Part shown: positions 54,951 to 64,000 of the stretch, piece by piece
Numbering within the stretch: the first letter of the stretch is position 1
Layout of the letters: every line of letters starts with the position of its first letter
NCBI GenBank assembly: GCA_963727895.1
Contig: CAVSHT010000009.1
Location: 320,001 to 384,000, forward strand
Length of the DNA stretch: 64,000 nucleotides
DNA from: an uncultured Methanosarcinaceae archaeon
GTDB taxonomy: Archaea; Halobacteriota; Methanosarcinia; Methanosarcinales; Methanosarcinaceae
Direction: 5' to 3'
Made by a program: the position numbers and the translations under genes
Notes under the pieces: model-generated
The model's input: only the letters and a program-made list of their open reading frames with translations
Database searches by the model: none
Told to the model about the DNA's origin: nothing

Positions 54951-55538
54951 TTACTTATTTTGTACGATAAGCAACCCATAAAGAATTGTTTTTGGAACAG
55001 GGGGATTCTCAGGAGTGCCTGTTGTTATCTTTTCTTCAGGATAGCCAAGGTTTTCGCAGGTGTAAAGCTCAGCTTTGATACTCAGTTCTCGCAGGACTTC
55101 CGCAACTTCAAGTGAGCCAAAGTTTTCTTCCGGAAGCAGGAAGATATTTCTTCCGTTCTTTAATTCCCGGATAAGTTCAACTTTTGCGGGTTCGGAATCT
55201 CGACCATGAGCTGTAATTGCACAGAGATTGGTAAGATTAACTTTTGTACGAGCACAAGCCACCTGCATCGAGGAAATTCCCGGAATAACTGTGTCCTTTT
55301 CACCTGCAAATTTTCCAAGCCCTGAAAACATAGGATCGCCGGTAGATAATATTACTGCATCTGCTGGCAAGAGATGAAGAGATTTATAATCCTTAATCGG
55401 TTTTGCCTCGCAGGTAATATAATCCTGAGCAATTTCAAGAGCCCTTTTTGCACCATAAACCACCGAAGCTTTCCTTATAGCCTGTATTCCCTCTTCCGTG
55501 AGCATTCCAGGCCCAACTCCGACTCCTACTACAATCAT
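54951..55538 (-). CDS. cbiE: Cobalt-precorrin-7 C5-methyltransferase
   Basis: VGVGVGP, STGDPMFSG, IPGISS, ENLGYPEE; downstream of cbiD. Confidence 0.85.
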   Translation of the reverse strand: MIVVGVGVGPGMLTEEGIQAIRKASVVYGAKRALEIAQDYITCEAKPIKDYKSLHLLPADAVILSTGDPMFSGLGKFAGEKDTVIPGISSMQVACARTKVNLTNLCAITAHGRDSEPAKVELIRELKNGRNIFLLPEENFGSLEVAEVLRELSIKAELYTCENLGYPEEKITTGTPENPPVPKTILYGLLIVQNK

Positions 55539-55674
55539 TATTTTTCCCTTGCCGTTAATTTATAGTTTCAATTTTACGGTCTGCTTTTGCCACGTAATTT
55601 ACGTAAATTACTGCACAAATCTATTAGAATTCCAGTTTAATTCAACCTTTCAACAGGAATTTCAGTTTTCAAGT

Positions 55675-56694
55675 TTAACTCTTGCTTTTACTGTCCATCA
55701 GGACCGAACCGTCTCTGTCAATTACTACAATCCTTGCACCTTTCCCTTTCTCAATTGCCATTTCAAAAGCTTCTTTCAGACGAGGATGTTCAGGATCTTT
55801 TTCAAGCATCTCGACAACTGTTGCATATTCACCGTCTTTAAGCATATCCGGGTTTCCCCATTTGAGAACAAGACCAGGAAGCCCACAGATAACTACATCG
55901 CCAGAAGCGTAATCCAGTCCTTCTGAAATCCTGCTTCCTATCATAACAATTGTATAATCGGGAAAAAGCATATGTGAATAGCGCATTCCTATACGGCCTG
56001 TAGTTAGGACTACTTTGTCCGTGCAGCGGATAAGATCTCCTTTCATCTCACCCAGATGGTCGTTCCAAGGCTCAACAAAACCCGTGCTTCCAAGCACAGA
56101 AATTCCACATTCAACCCCTATTCTGCTGTTCAGAGTTTCCTTTCCAATTATTTCCCCGTCAGGAATTGAGATTGTAACCTCGGCTCCTCTCAAACCCAGT
56201 TCTTCTACAGCTTCCTTCACTGCTGCCTTTATCTGTTCCATCGGTTTTGGATTAATAGCTGGCTGACCCCTTGGAACTTGAAGCCCATCCCTTCTAACAA
56301 CTCCAATACCTTTTCCTCCGAGAATTCGGATTTCTTCTGCTTCCTTTGCTTCTCCTACAAATTCGAGTCCCCGGGTAATATCAGATTCATGGTCATTAAG
56401 AATCTTTTTCACAACTGCATATCCCTTTGAGGATTCAGCGACCTCAAGATGAGCTCTCAATCCTACAGGAGTCGGAACGGACACACTATCAACCGCTTTC
56501 TTAAGGGAAAGGACTGCAGCTTTTGCAGCAGCACTTGCTGTAGTTCCTGTAGTGTATCCTCTTTTGAGGACAGAACCGTCACTTAGAACCACAATCATCC
56601 CGGATGCGATTTTTGTTTCAAGCTCTTCCCTTGGCAATCCTGTGCGGGCAATCCATTCGTCAGGAATTTTGAAATTGTTAACAGGATCTATCAT
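55675..56694 (-). CDS. cbiD: Cobalt-precorrin-5B C1-methyltransferase
   Basis: [26 protein letters not shown]. Confidence 0.93.
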   Translation of the reverse strand: MIDPVNNFKIPDEWIARTGLPREELETKIASGMIVVLSDGSVLKRGYTTGTTASAAAKAAVLSLKKAVDSVSVPTPVGLRAHLEVAESSKGYAVVKKILNDHESDITRGLEFVGEAKEAEEIRILGGKGIGVVRRDGLQVPRGQPAINPKPMEQIKAAVKEAVEELGLRGAEVTISIPDGEIIGKETLNSRIGVECGISVLGSTGFVEPWNDHLGEMKGDLIRCTDKVVLTTGRIGMRYSHMLFPDYTIVMIGSRISEGLDYASGDVVICGLPGLVLKWGNPDMLKDGEYATVVEMLEKDPEHPRLKEAFEMAIEKGKGARIVVIDRDGSVLMDSKSKS

Positions 56695-56864
56695 GGGGAA
56701 TATTCAGAGGTTTTTTATTATAAATGTATTGACGTGAAAATAGGAAAAAACCCAATAAATCCTCAGTGTAAGCCTTGCTCACTTCCTGCTCACAACATTT
56801 GATAACGACATTAAGCACTATAGAATTATGGAATACAGAAAATAGAAAAAAGGCGGATAGAATA

Positions 56865-57056
56865 CAGAAAATAGAAAAGAGGTGGCACCATTCCAGGATT
56901 AGGGAATTTTATGGGGATTCGTGTTTTGGAAATGGATATTATCCTAGATTTTGGAACGATTGGGGATCGTTTCTTATTGGGGGGTTTTTGGGTTGGTGTG
57001 TGAAAAATAGCCTTGTGGAATGATGCCTATTTCAAACGCCAGGATTCGCCTGGCAC
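56865..57056 (-). ncRNA. Candidate ~190-nt C-rich structured RNA between mutL and cbiD
   Basis: TTTATATA at 57086-57079; 5' hairpin 57038-57054; 12-bp closing stem 57016-57027/56884-56895 with G-U; U-tract after 56878. Confidence 0.6.
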
Positions 57057-57365
57057 ACTATTACATCTTAAGTTCTATTATATAAACATATAGGAAACTA
57101 AGAATGACATCTCTAAATAGAACTATATTTTCAGATTAGAGACATATTGACTAGTTATTTACATAAAATCACTACATATTCGAGCTACAAACTGATTTTT
57201 TAACCGTGATGAAAGAAATTCCTTTTAAAAAAGAGATTCATTTAATTTTAAATGAATTAAAAGAAAAAAGTAGTACTGTTCTGTATTTATAAAATATAGA
57301 AAAATTAAACTCTGTAAGAGAGATATGAAAAAACAGAAAGGATATTTTTCAGGTTACAGCTTTTT

Positions 57366-59423
57366 TTACAGGATTCTTGCAAACATGCGGTCCAGCTCTC
57401 CTTTCGTAAATGTAATTATAGTAGGTCTTCCATGAGGACAAGAGTATGGATTTTCTGCCCTTTTAAGTTGTTCTATTAGATCTTCCATCTGCCTTGGGTT
57501 ACAGACAGCTCCACCCTTAATTGCGGCTCTACATGCAAGGATTTTACAGACCTTTTCCGAAATACCGGTATCTTTTTTAACTTTTCCTGAAGCCAAAAGG
57601 TCCGAAACTATATCATGGATAATATCAGTATCTTCAAGCCTTCCGAAAACCTCTGGCACGAAGGTAACCACATATGTATTCTCGCCAAATTCAGAAATCC
57701 CGAAACCGTAGTCTTCAAGATATGGAATATATTCTTCCATAAGCACTTTCTCTTTAGGAGTAAGGTCTATGGTTACAGGTGTTATCAGCTCCTGCACACT
57801 GGATTTTTTCATTTTTAAAACTTGTTCGTAAAGAATTCTCTCATGAGCAGCATGCTGATCAATAATAACAAGGTCTTCTCCCTTTTCAGCAAGAATATAC
57901 AATTTAGAGACCTGCCCTATAATCCGGAGGTCTTCAAGAGAGTCAATATTAGAGTTATTTTTTAGTTTAGACCGTCCTTCTGAACGTATTTTTTCTCTAT
58001 ATTTCACTTCAACATCTGTTTGTCCATTTTCCTTATCATGAAGAACTGTTTGTCCTTTAACAGCATCTTCATTCTCTCTTTCCTGCTCTTTTTTATGATC
58101 CAAAGTTTTATCTATTTTCTGCGTAGCATCCTCTACAGTGAAATTCAAGAGACGTTCAGATCTTTTTAGTTTTCTTTCGGTATCTTTTACCGGATATGTA
58201 TAAGTTTCAGCTTGTGTTCTGGGAATCTTATCGTTTTCAGGAAAAATGGTCTTTTCCAGAGTTTCTGGAATCTTTCCAGCCGTTTTCTCGAAAGTTTCCG
58301 CGGCTTCTGAGACCTTAAATCCATCTGAGGGACCTGAAACTTCAAAAGTTTTCTGGAAGATTTTATCTCTTTTTTCTCTGATTTCAGGAATTAAGATATT
58401 TTCTGAAAGTACATTTTCAATCACAAATGTAACTGCATCTCCAAGTTCTTTTTCCCGGCTGAAACGTACTTCAGCTTTACGAGGATGAACATTTACATCC
58501 ACCTCTCCGGGATCGAGAACCAGAGAAAGTACTGCTACAGGATAGCGTCCCTTTGGAATCTTGGTATAGTAACCTTCGCGAACAGCTTTATTGATGGCTC
58601 TTGAAGTCACTGGACGGGTATTTACGAAAAGAAAAAGCTGATCACTTTCTCCTCGAGTGATTTCAGGCTTTGAAATATATCCCTGAATCTCAAAATTTTC
58701 AGTTTTATATTTCAGAGGAAGCATGGAACGAGCCGTATCTGGCCCTAAAAGATTTACAATGCTTTTGAAAGACTCATTTGACCCCGCATTTCTTATGATT
58801 TGCTTCCCTTCACTTAACAGAGTAAAAGAAATTTTCGGATTTGCCAGGGCAAGCTGCATAACTGTCTCTGTAATATGGGCAAGCTCAGTACGATCACTTT
58901 TCAGGTATTTCTGCCTTGCTGGAATATTATAAAATAGATCTTTCACATGAACACTCGTACCTGGAGCCGTGCCTGTATCCGAAGTTTCAAGCACTTTGCC
59001 CCCATGAACCGTTATTTTAGTGCCTGTGATATCTTCTGGAGGTCGGGTAAGAATTTCCACTTTTGCAACAGCCGTAATAGATGAAAGAGCCTCTCCCCTG
59101 AAACCCATTGTAGAAATAGTATCAAGATCTTCAATACGCGTAAGCTTGCTTGTTGCATGTTTTTTGTATGCGAGCAAGGCATCCTCTCTACTCATTCCAC
59201 AACCGTTGTCTCTTACAAGGATAGAGCGTTTTCCACCCTTTTCTACTTCAATACGGATATCCGTAGCTCCTGCATCAATTGAATTGTCTAGCAGTTCTTT
59301 TACTATAGATGCTGGACGTTCAATTACTTCTCCTGCAGCGATTTTATTTATCGTATCTTTGTCAAGGATTCGGATTTTGTTTCCTTGAATATTTTCTTTA
59401 TTTTGAATAGATTCTTCCACCAT
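57366..59423 (-). CDS. mutL: DNA mismatch repair protein MutL
   Basis: IAAGEVIERP, GFRGEAL, DQHAAHER, CPHGRP. Confidence 0.97.
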   Translation of the reverse strand: MVEESIQNKENIQGNKIRILDKDTINKIAAGEVIERPASIVKELLDNSIDAGATDIRIEVEKGGKRSILVRDNGCGMSREDALLAYKKHATSKLTRIEDLDTISTMGFRGEALSSITAVAKVEILTRPPEDITGTKITVHGGKVLETSDTGTAPGTSVHVKDLFYNIPARQKYLKSDRTELAHITETVMQLALANPKISFTLLSEGKQIIRNAGSNESFKSIVNLLGPDTARSMLPLKYKTENFEIQGYISKPEITRGESDQLFLFVNTRPVTSRAINKAVREGYYTKIPKGRYPVAVLSLVLDPGEVDVNVHPRKAEVRFSREKELGDAVTFVIENVLSENILIPEIREKRDKIFQKTFEVSGPSDGFKVSEAAETFEKTAGKIPETLEKTIFPENDKIPRTQAETYTYPVKDTERKLKRSERLLNFTVEDATQKIDKTLDHKKEQERENEDAVKGQTVLHDKENGQTDVEVKYREKIRSEGRSKLKNNSNIDSLEDLRIIGQVSKLYILAEKGEDLVIIDQHAAHERILYEQVLKMKKSSVQELITPVTIDLTPKEKVLMEEYIPYLEDYGFGISEFGENTYVVTFVPEVFGRLEDTDIIHDIVSDLLASGKVKKDTGISEKVCKILACRAAIKGGAVCNPRQMEDLIEQLKRAENPYSCPHGRPTIITFTKGELDRMFARIL

Positions 59424-59470
59424 TCATTTACTCCGTCCAGACCAGAATTTTTTATTGGACATTTAGTACT

Positions 59471-62170
59471 TCAATTAATCAACCTTTTCAGCTCATGAAG
59501 CTTATTGAGAGCTTCTATTGGAGTCATCTCATCTACATTCAGCTTTCTCAGAGATGCTTCTACTGGGCTTAACCTGTTTGCCTTTGAACTTCCACCACTG
59601 TCTCCAGGGTCAAAAAGCATCATCTGAGTATAACGTGCTGTTGTCTTATTTTTCTTCTTTTTTCCGTTTTCTCCATCTTCAGTTTCTTCAAGCACGTTTT
59701 CTTTTTCGAGATCTTTTAGAATTTCATTTGCCCGTTCGATTACTTTTTCAGGAACGCCTGCAAGTCTTGCAACCTGGATTCCATAACTTCGGTCTGTCGC
59801 TCCAGGCACTATTTTTCTCAGGAAAACAAGTTCATGACCTTCTTCTTTTACTGCGATGTGATAGTTTTTGACTCTTTTTAGTTTCTCTTCAAGAGCTGTG
59901 AGCTGATGATAATGAGTTGCAAATAGTGCTCTTACTCCCACTTTTCCTCTGTTATGCAAGAATTCTACAACAGATTTGGCAATGCTGTACCCATCATAGG
60001 TACTTGTTCCCCTACCGATTTCATCAAGAAGTACAAGACTTTTAGGGCTTGCATTATTAAGGATGTTTGCAAGTTCAACCATCTCTACCATAAAGGTGCT
60101 TTGCCCGCTTGCAAGATCATCAAATGCCCCTATTCTTGTAAAAACCTGATCAATAACCCCTATGGAAGCATAAGATGCAGGAACAAAAGACCCTATCTGA
60201 GCCATAATAGCTATAAGAGCAGTCTGTCGCATATAAGTAGACTTGCCTGCCATGTTTGGCCCTGTTATTAACAAAAACTGATTTTCGTTACAATCCATTT
60301 CAGTATCGTTTGGAACAAAGCCTCCATATACGGCATTTTCAACTACCGGATGTCTTCCGTCCCGTATTAAGATCTTACAGTCATTTGTAAGTTGAGGCCT
60401 GATATAATTATTATTTTCTGCGACTTCAGCCAGAGTCGCAATGACATCAAGCGAGCCTATTTTTTTGGCAGTTTCCTGGAGTTCTCTTGAATGGACTGAA
60501 AGCGCCTGTACAATTTGTGTAAAGATTTCGTATTCGAGAGCTACAGCTTTTTCATTAGCTGTCAAAATAAGACTCTCTTTTTCCTTGAGTTCAGGAGTAA
60601 AAAAACGCTCGGCATTTGCCATGGTTTGTTTTCTGATATAATCATCAGGAACCTGGCTACTGTTAGAATTCGTGACCTCTATATAATATCCAAAAACCTT
60701 ATTATATCCCACTTTAAGAGATTTAATACCACTTCTCTCTCTTTCTTTCTGCTGAAAATTTGCAATCCACTGCCGACTGTTGCTCGCAATATCCTTGAGT
60801 TCATCAAGTTCTTCATTATACCCAGGTTTTATCATGCCTCCTTCCCTAACAGAGATAGGAGGCTCATCAACTATTGCTTTATTTATCATTTCAGACAGAT
60901 TTTCAAGCTCTGAAAACGATTCAAGCCCAATTGCAACTTTAGTTAAAAGTTCAGATTTAGCATATTTCAAGAGAGAATCACGAACAGAAGGTAAGACTTC
61001 AAGAGATTTTTTAAGAGCGATAAGATCCCTTGCGTTTGAATTTCCGTATACCACTCTGCCCACGAGGCGTTCTATATCCCTTACTTCTGAAAGCCATTTC
61101 CGTAAATCATAGCGGAGCAGAGGATTTGCTGTCAGTTCCTCTACAGCATCGAGCCGAAGGTTGATATTTTCTACGGAAAGCAGAGGTTTTAAAAGCCATT
61201 TTTTCAGGGTGCGGCTTCCCATTGGAGTTTTAGTGCAATTTATAGTCCGATAAAGAGAATTTCCATCTCCTTCATCTCTCACGTTTCTCACGATTTCGAA
61301 ATTTCTTAAGGTTATGGAATCAAGTATCATGAATTCTGAATTTGAGTAGGTTCTCAAAGTATTGATATGGGTAAGCTTTCTCATCTGTGTGGTCTGTGCA
61401 TATTCCAGAGCAGCACAGGCAGAATACACTGCGAAATCAAGATTTTCACAACCCATGCCTTCTAGGGTTGCAACCTTGAAATGAGCTTTCAATCGTTCTC
61501 TGGCTTCCTTTGATCCTGAAATATCTGGAGCAAATTCCTGCACAATAGTCTGGGTTCTCAGCCGATCTACAAGATCAGAATTTCCATATAGAGATGGAGG
61601 CAGGATGCACTCGGAAGGGCGCATGCGGGCAAGTTCACTTAGAAGCTTCTCAAAGTTTTCTGAGTCCCTAAACTGTGTTGTAAGGAATTCCCCTGTGGAA
61701 ATATCAAGAAAAGATACTCCAACTTCGATTTCTTTTTCACTGTGCTTTCCAGATCTTCCGATTTCCCGTCCAACAACCGCCATGAGATAATTGTTTGAGG
61801 CATCAAAAAACATGGAAGAATCAATTGCGGTGCCTGGCGTGACGACCCTGACAACTCCTCGCTTTACAACTCCCTTTGCCTTTTTCGGGTCTTCAAGCTG
61901 TTCGCAAATTGCCACCTTATACCCTTTATTTATTAGCCTTGGCAAATAAGTGTCAATTGCATGATAGGGTATTCCTGCAAGAGGCATTTTTTCTCCTGAT
62001 TTGTCCTTCCCTCGAGCTGTAAGCGTGATCTCAAGCTCTTTTGCAATAATTTTTGCATCATCTCCGAAAGATTCGTAGAAATCTCCCATACGGAAGAAAA
62101 TTAGGGTGTCAGGATATGCCTGCTTGGCTTCGTAGTACTGGCGCATTGCAGGGGTCATCATTTCAGTCAT
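59471..62170 (-). CDS. mutS: DNA mismatch repair protein MutS
   Basis: GDFYE, TGPNMAGKST, DEIGRGT, SYGIQVA. Confidence 0.97.
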   Translation of the reverse strand: MTEMMTPAMRQYYEAKQAYPDTLIFFRMGDFYESFGDDAKIIAKELEITLTARGKDKSGEKMPLAGIPYHAIDTYLPRLINKGYKVAICEQLEDPKKAKGVVKRGVVRVVTPGTAIDSSMFFDASNNYLMAVVGREIGRSGKHSEKEIEVGVSFLDISTGEFLTTQFRDSENFEKLLSELARMRPSECILPPSLYGNSDLVDRLRTQTIVQEFAPDISGSKEARERLKAHFKVATLEGMGCENLDFAVYSACAALEYAQTTQMRKLTHINTLRTYSNSEFMILDSITLRNFEIVRNVRDEGDGNSLYRTINCTKTPMGSRTLKKWLLKPLLSVENINLRLDAVEELTANPLLRYDLRKWLSEVRDIERLVGRVVYGNSNARDLIALKKSLEVLPSVRDSLLKYAKSELLTKVAIGLESFSELENLSEMINKAIVDEPPISVREGGMIKPGYNEELDELKDIASNSRQWIANFQQKERERSGIKSLKVGYNKVFGYYIEVTNSNSSQVPDDYIRKQTMANAERFFTPELKEKESLILTANEKAVALEYEIFTQIVQALSVHSRELQETAKKIGSLDVIATLAEVAENNNYIRPQLTNDCKILIRDGRHPVVENAVYGGFVPNDTEMDCNENQFLLITGPNMAGKSTYMRQTALIAIMAQIGSFVPASYASIGVIDQVFTRIGAFDDLASGQSTFMVEMVELANILNNASPKSLVLLDEIGRGTSTYDGYSIAKSVVEFLHNRGKVGVRALFATHYHQLTALEEKLKRVKNYHIAVKEEGHELVFLRKIVPGATDRSYGIQVARLAGVPEKVIERANEILKDLEKENVLEETEDGENGKKKKNKTTARYTQMMLFDPGDSGGSSKANRLSPVEASLRKLNVDEMTPIEALNKLHELKRLIN

Positions 62171-62397
62171 TTTTTACTCACGTAGGCCTTAATCGTTTTG
62201 TGTAAAATTGGGAATATTTATCTGAATTTTGGTTTTTTCAGGGGTCTTTAGGATAAAAATATCCTTTTTTGATTAGAGAAACTATAGATAATATATTGGA
62301 TGGATTAGATATTAGATAATACATCTTTATTAAAATCATCCTTCTTATATATATTTAACAATTCGATGTTGTAAACCATCTTGAAAGAGAAACTACT

Positions 62398-62604
62398 ATG
62401 GATCAAGAAAAACTCATTGAAATTTGCCCCATCTGCGGAAATGCAGATATAGATTATGAAGTTGGTGGGTATGCAGGTACAGTTTACCATTGCAAAGAAT
62501 GCGGATATATAGGAGCTTTCGTTATTGAAGCTAATGATGAAATGATAGAAAAAATTCGAGAGAAATATAAGCGTGAAAAAGTGAACGAAAATGCGCAAAA
62601 ATGA
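62398..62604 (+). CDS. Small zinc-ribbon protein
   Basis: CPICG..CKECGY.G. Confidence 0.75.
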   Translation: MDQEKLIEICPICGNADIDYEVGGYAGTVYHCKECGYIGAFVIEANDEMIEKIREKYKREKVNENAQK

Positions 62605-62689
62605 ATGAAGAGAACTAAAAGATGAGAAAGTAGAAAATATATCATAATAGCGTGTAAAAACGTATCAAAAAAGTATCTAAATAAAGTTT

Positions 62690-62767
62690 TGGTGGGGCCG
62701 CTGAGATTTGGACTCAGGTCGCAAGACCCCCAGCCTTGCAGGATGGACCAGGCTACCCTACGGCCCC
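62690..62767 (-). tRNA. tRNA-Pro(GGG), CCA encoded, atypical T-loop TCCAAAT
   Basis: GGGGCCG/CGGCCCC acceptor stem, loop CTGGGGG, ACCA 3' end. Confidence 0.92.
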
Positions 62768-62983
62768 GCAGAGTAGATTGTGATTTTTCAATAGCAAACC
62801 TCTTTCTTTGTTTGCCATCATCAACTATTCTAATTAAATACGTTGTATAAATGAGTATCGGTAGAAGAAAATAATGATACTCATTTTGTTGTAATTAATA
62901 TTATTTCATATCAATATAAGTTCATCATTTAGAGACGACACCAGTGCCATTATTATCTAGCGCTTTTAGTAAGGTTTTGTTGA

Positions 62984-63607
62984 TTATGGTTGTTGAGAAT
63001 CAACATCATAGGACGTGTTTAATATGCTTTTTGCCTTAAGGACTCTCTGGATAACAGTGATATGAGAAAGTACAGCTATAATTACAAGAGCCCAGTTAAG
63101 AAAACCTGAAATTCCTCCCAGAGCCAGAATAATCATTCTTTCTGTACGTTCGGCAATTCCAACTGATAGTTTTTGGCATCCTGCGGATTCCGCACGGGCG
63201 CGGGTATAGCTTACTAGAAAAGAGCCTATCAAAGCATAACCTGCCCAGAGCCAACCTTCAACTTGCACAATAGGGGAAAGGGAAAGTTTACCGTTAACTG
63301 CACCTGCTATTATCCCAAGGAATATCAAGCCATCAGAGTAACGGTCGCAAACTGAATCAAGTACGCCTCCAAAAGGCGTTATCCGGCCTTTTGCCCTTGC
63401 GACACCTCCATCAAGAACGTCAAAAATCCCGCTGAAAAGAATTAGAAGCCCACCAATAAAAGGGTTGCCTAGAGCAAAAAAAGCCCCAGCTACCACGCTT
63501 ACGGCAAACCCCATTAGAGTAAGGGTATTCGGAGATAGAGGAATCAAGCGAGCAACAGGAATTACCAGTTTTCTTACACTGTTTTTGAGTTCATTGAAGA
63601 TTTTAAT
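62984..63607 (-). CDS. CDP-alcohol phosphatidyltransferase (probable archaetidylinositol phosphate synthase)
   Basis: SPNTLT, DVLDGGVAR..GGVLDSVCD; frame open to TAG 63619; start uncertain (TTG 63547 or ATT 63607). Confidence 0.85.
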   Translation of the reverse strand: MKIFNELKNSVRKLVIPVARLIPLSPNTLTLMGFAVSVVAGAFFALGNPFIGGLLILFSGIFDVLDGGVARAKGRITPFGGVLDSVCDRYSDGLIFLGIIAGAVNGKLSLSPIVQVEGWLWAGYALIGSFLVSYTRARAESAGCQKLSVGIAERTERMIILALGGISGFLNWALVIIAVLSHITVIQRVLKAKSILNTSYDVDSQQP

Positions 63608-64000
63608 CCCTTCCTTCTACGGTCTAATAATCGCTTATATAGTATGACATTATGGTTGAATATTAGCTTATCTTTTTGGAAAAAACCTGTTCACATTTAT
63701 AATTGCTTGTTAAAGGTTTCCTATAGTTTCAATGATGGTTATCCAAAGGTAAATGTAGGCAAAGAGAATGAGAATTTGTAGAAAGATATGAAAATTCATT
63801 TCAAGAGAAGAATATTACAATTATTTTGTAATGATTTTTGAAAATTTTATACAGGTATAGTTATTGTTATCAATATATTACTTTTCTAGTGTTGTAATTT
63901 CTTATTATTTTCTAGTAAAGAAGGAACTTTTAAGGACTTCTTGCCAAAAAGGACATTAATGATTCATAAAAACATAATTAATGATCCATTAAAACATAAG

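Overview
Low-GC archaeal chromosomal window, almost certainly Methanosarcina (methanol methyltransferase operon mtaCB with divergent Msr-type regulators, nop5/fibrillarin, RFA-P synthase, mutS/mutL, PKD and beta-propeller surface proteins). Core stretches (10.6-13 kb, 15-34 kb, 36.8-45.4 kb, 54-64 kb) alternate with three accessory zones: (i) 0.3-9.9 kb, a redox/TetR island with two DUF1638 genes, a QueG-like Fe-S gene, flavoproteins and a nitroreductase, disrupted by an IS1 and by an IS630 that itself carries a nested IS1; (ii) 34.3-36.6 kb, a chimeric aldo/keto reductase with a broken TetR and its operators; (iii) 45.5-53.7 kb, an island beside tRNA-Val(CAC) with a degenerate att repeat, thioredoxin lipoprotein, beta-helix surface protein, pentapeptide pseudogene and a stand-alone protein with a HEPN-like RxxxxH motif. 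Two tRNAs are present (Val-CAC; Pro-GGG with an atypical T-loop). No CRISPR array or rRNA was seen. The least explained signals are three promoter-anchored structured intergenic RNA candidates (21.2, 28.1 and 56.9 kb; two have complementary motifs), four genes that seem to start at CTG/ATT/ATA, and a shared 22-bp operator linking DUF1638 genes to a QueG-like gene with an in-frame amber codon. All calls come from reading the sequence by eye; no searches were run.
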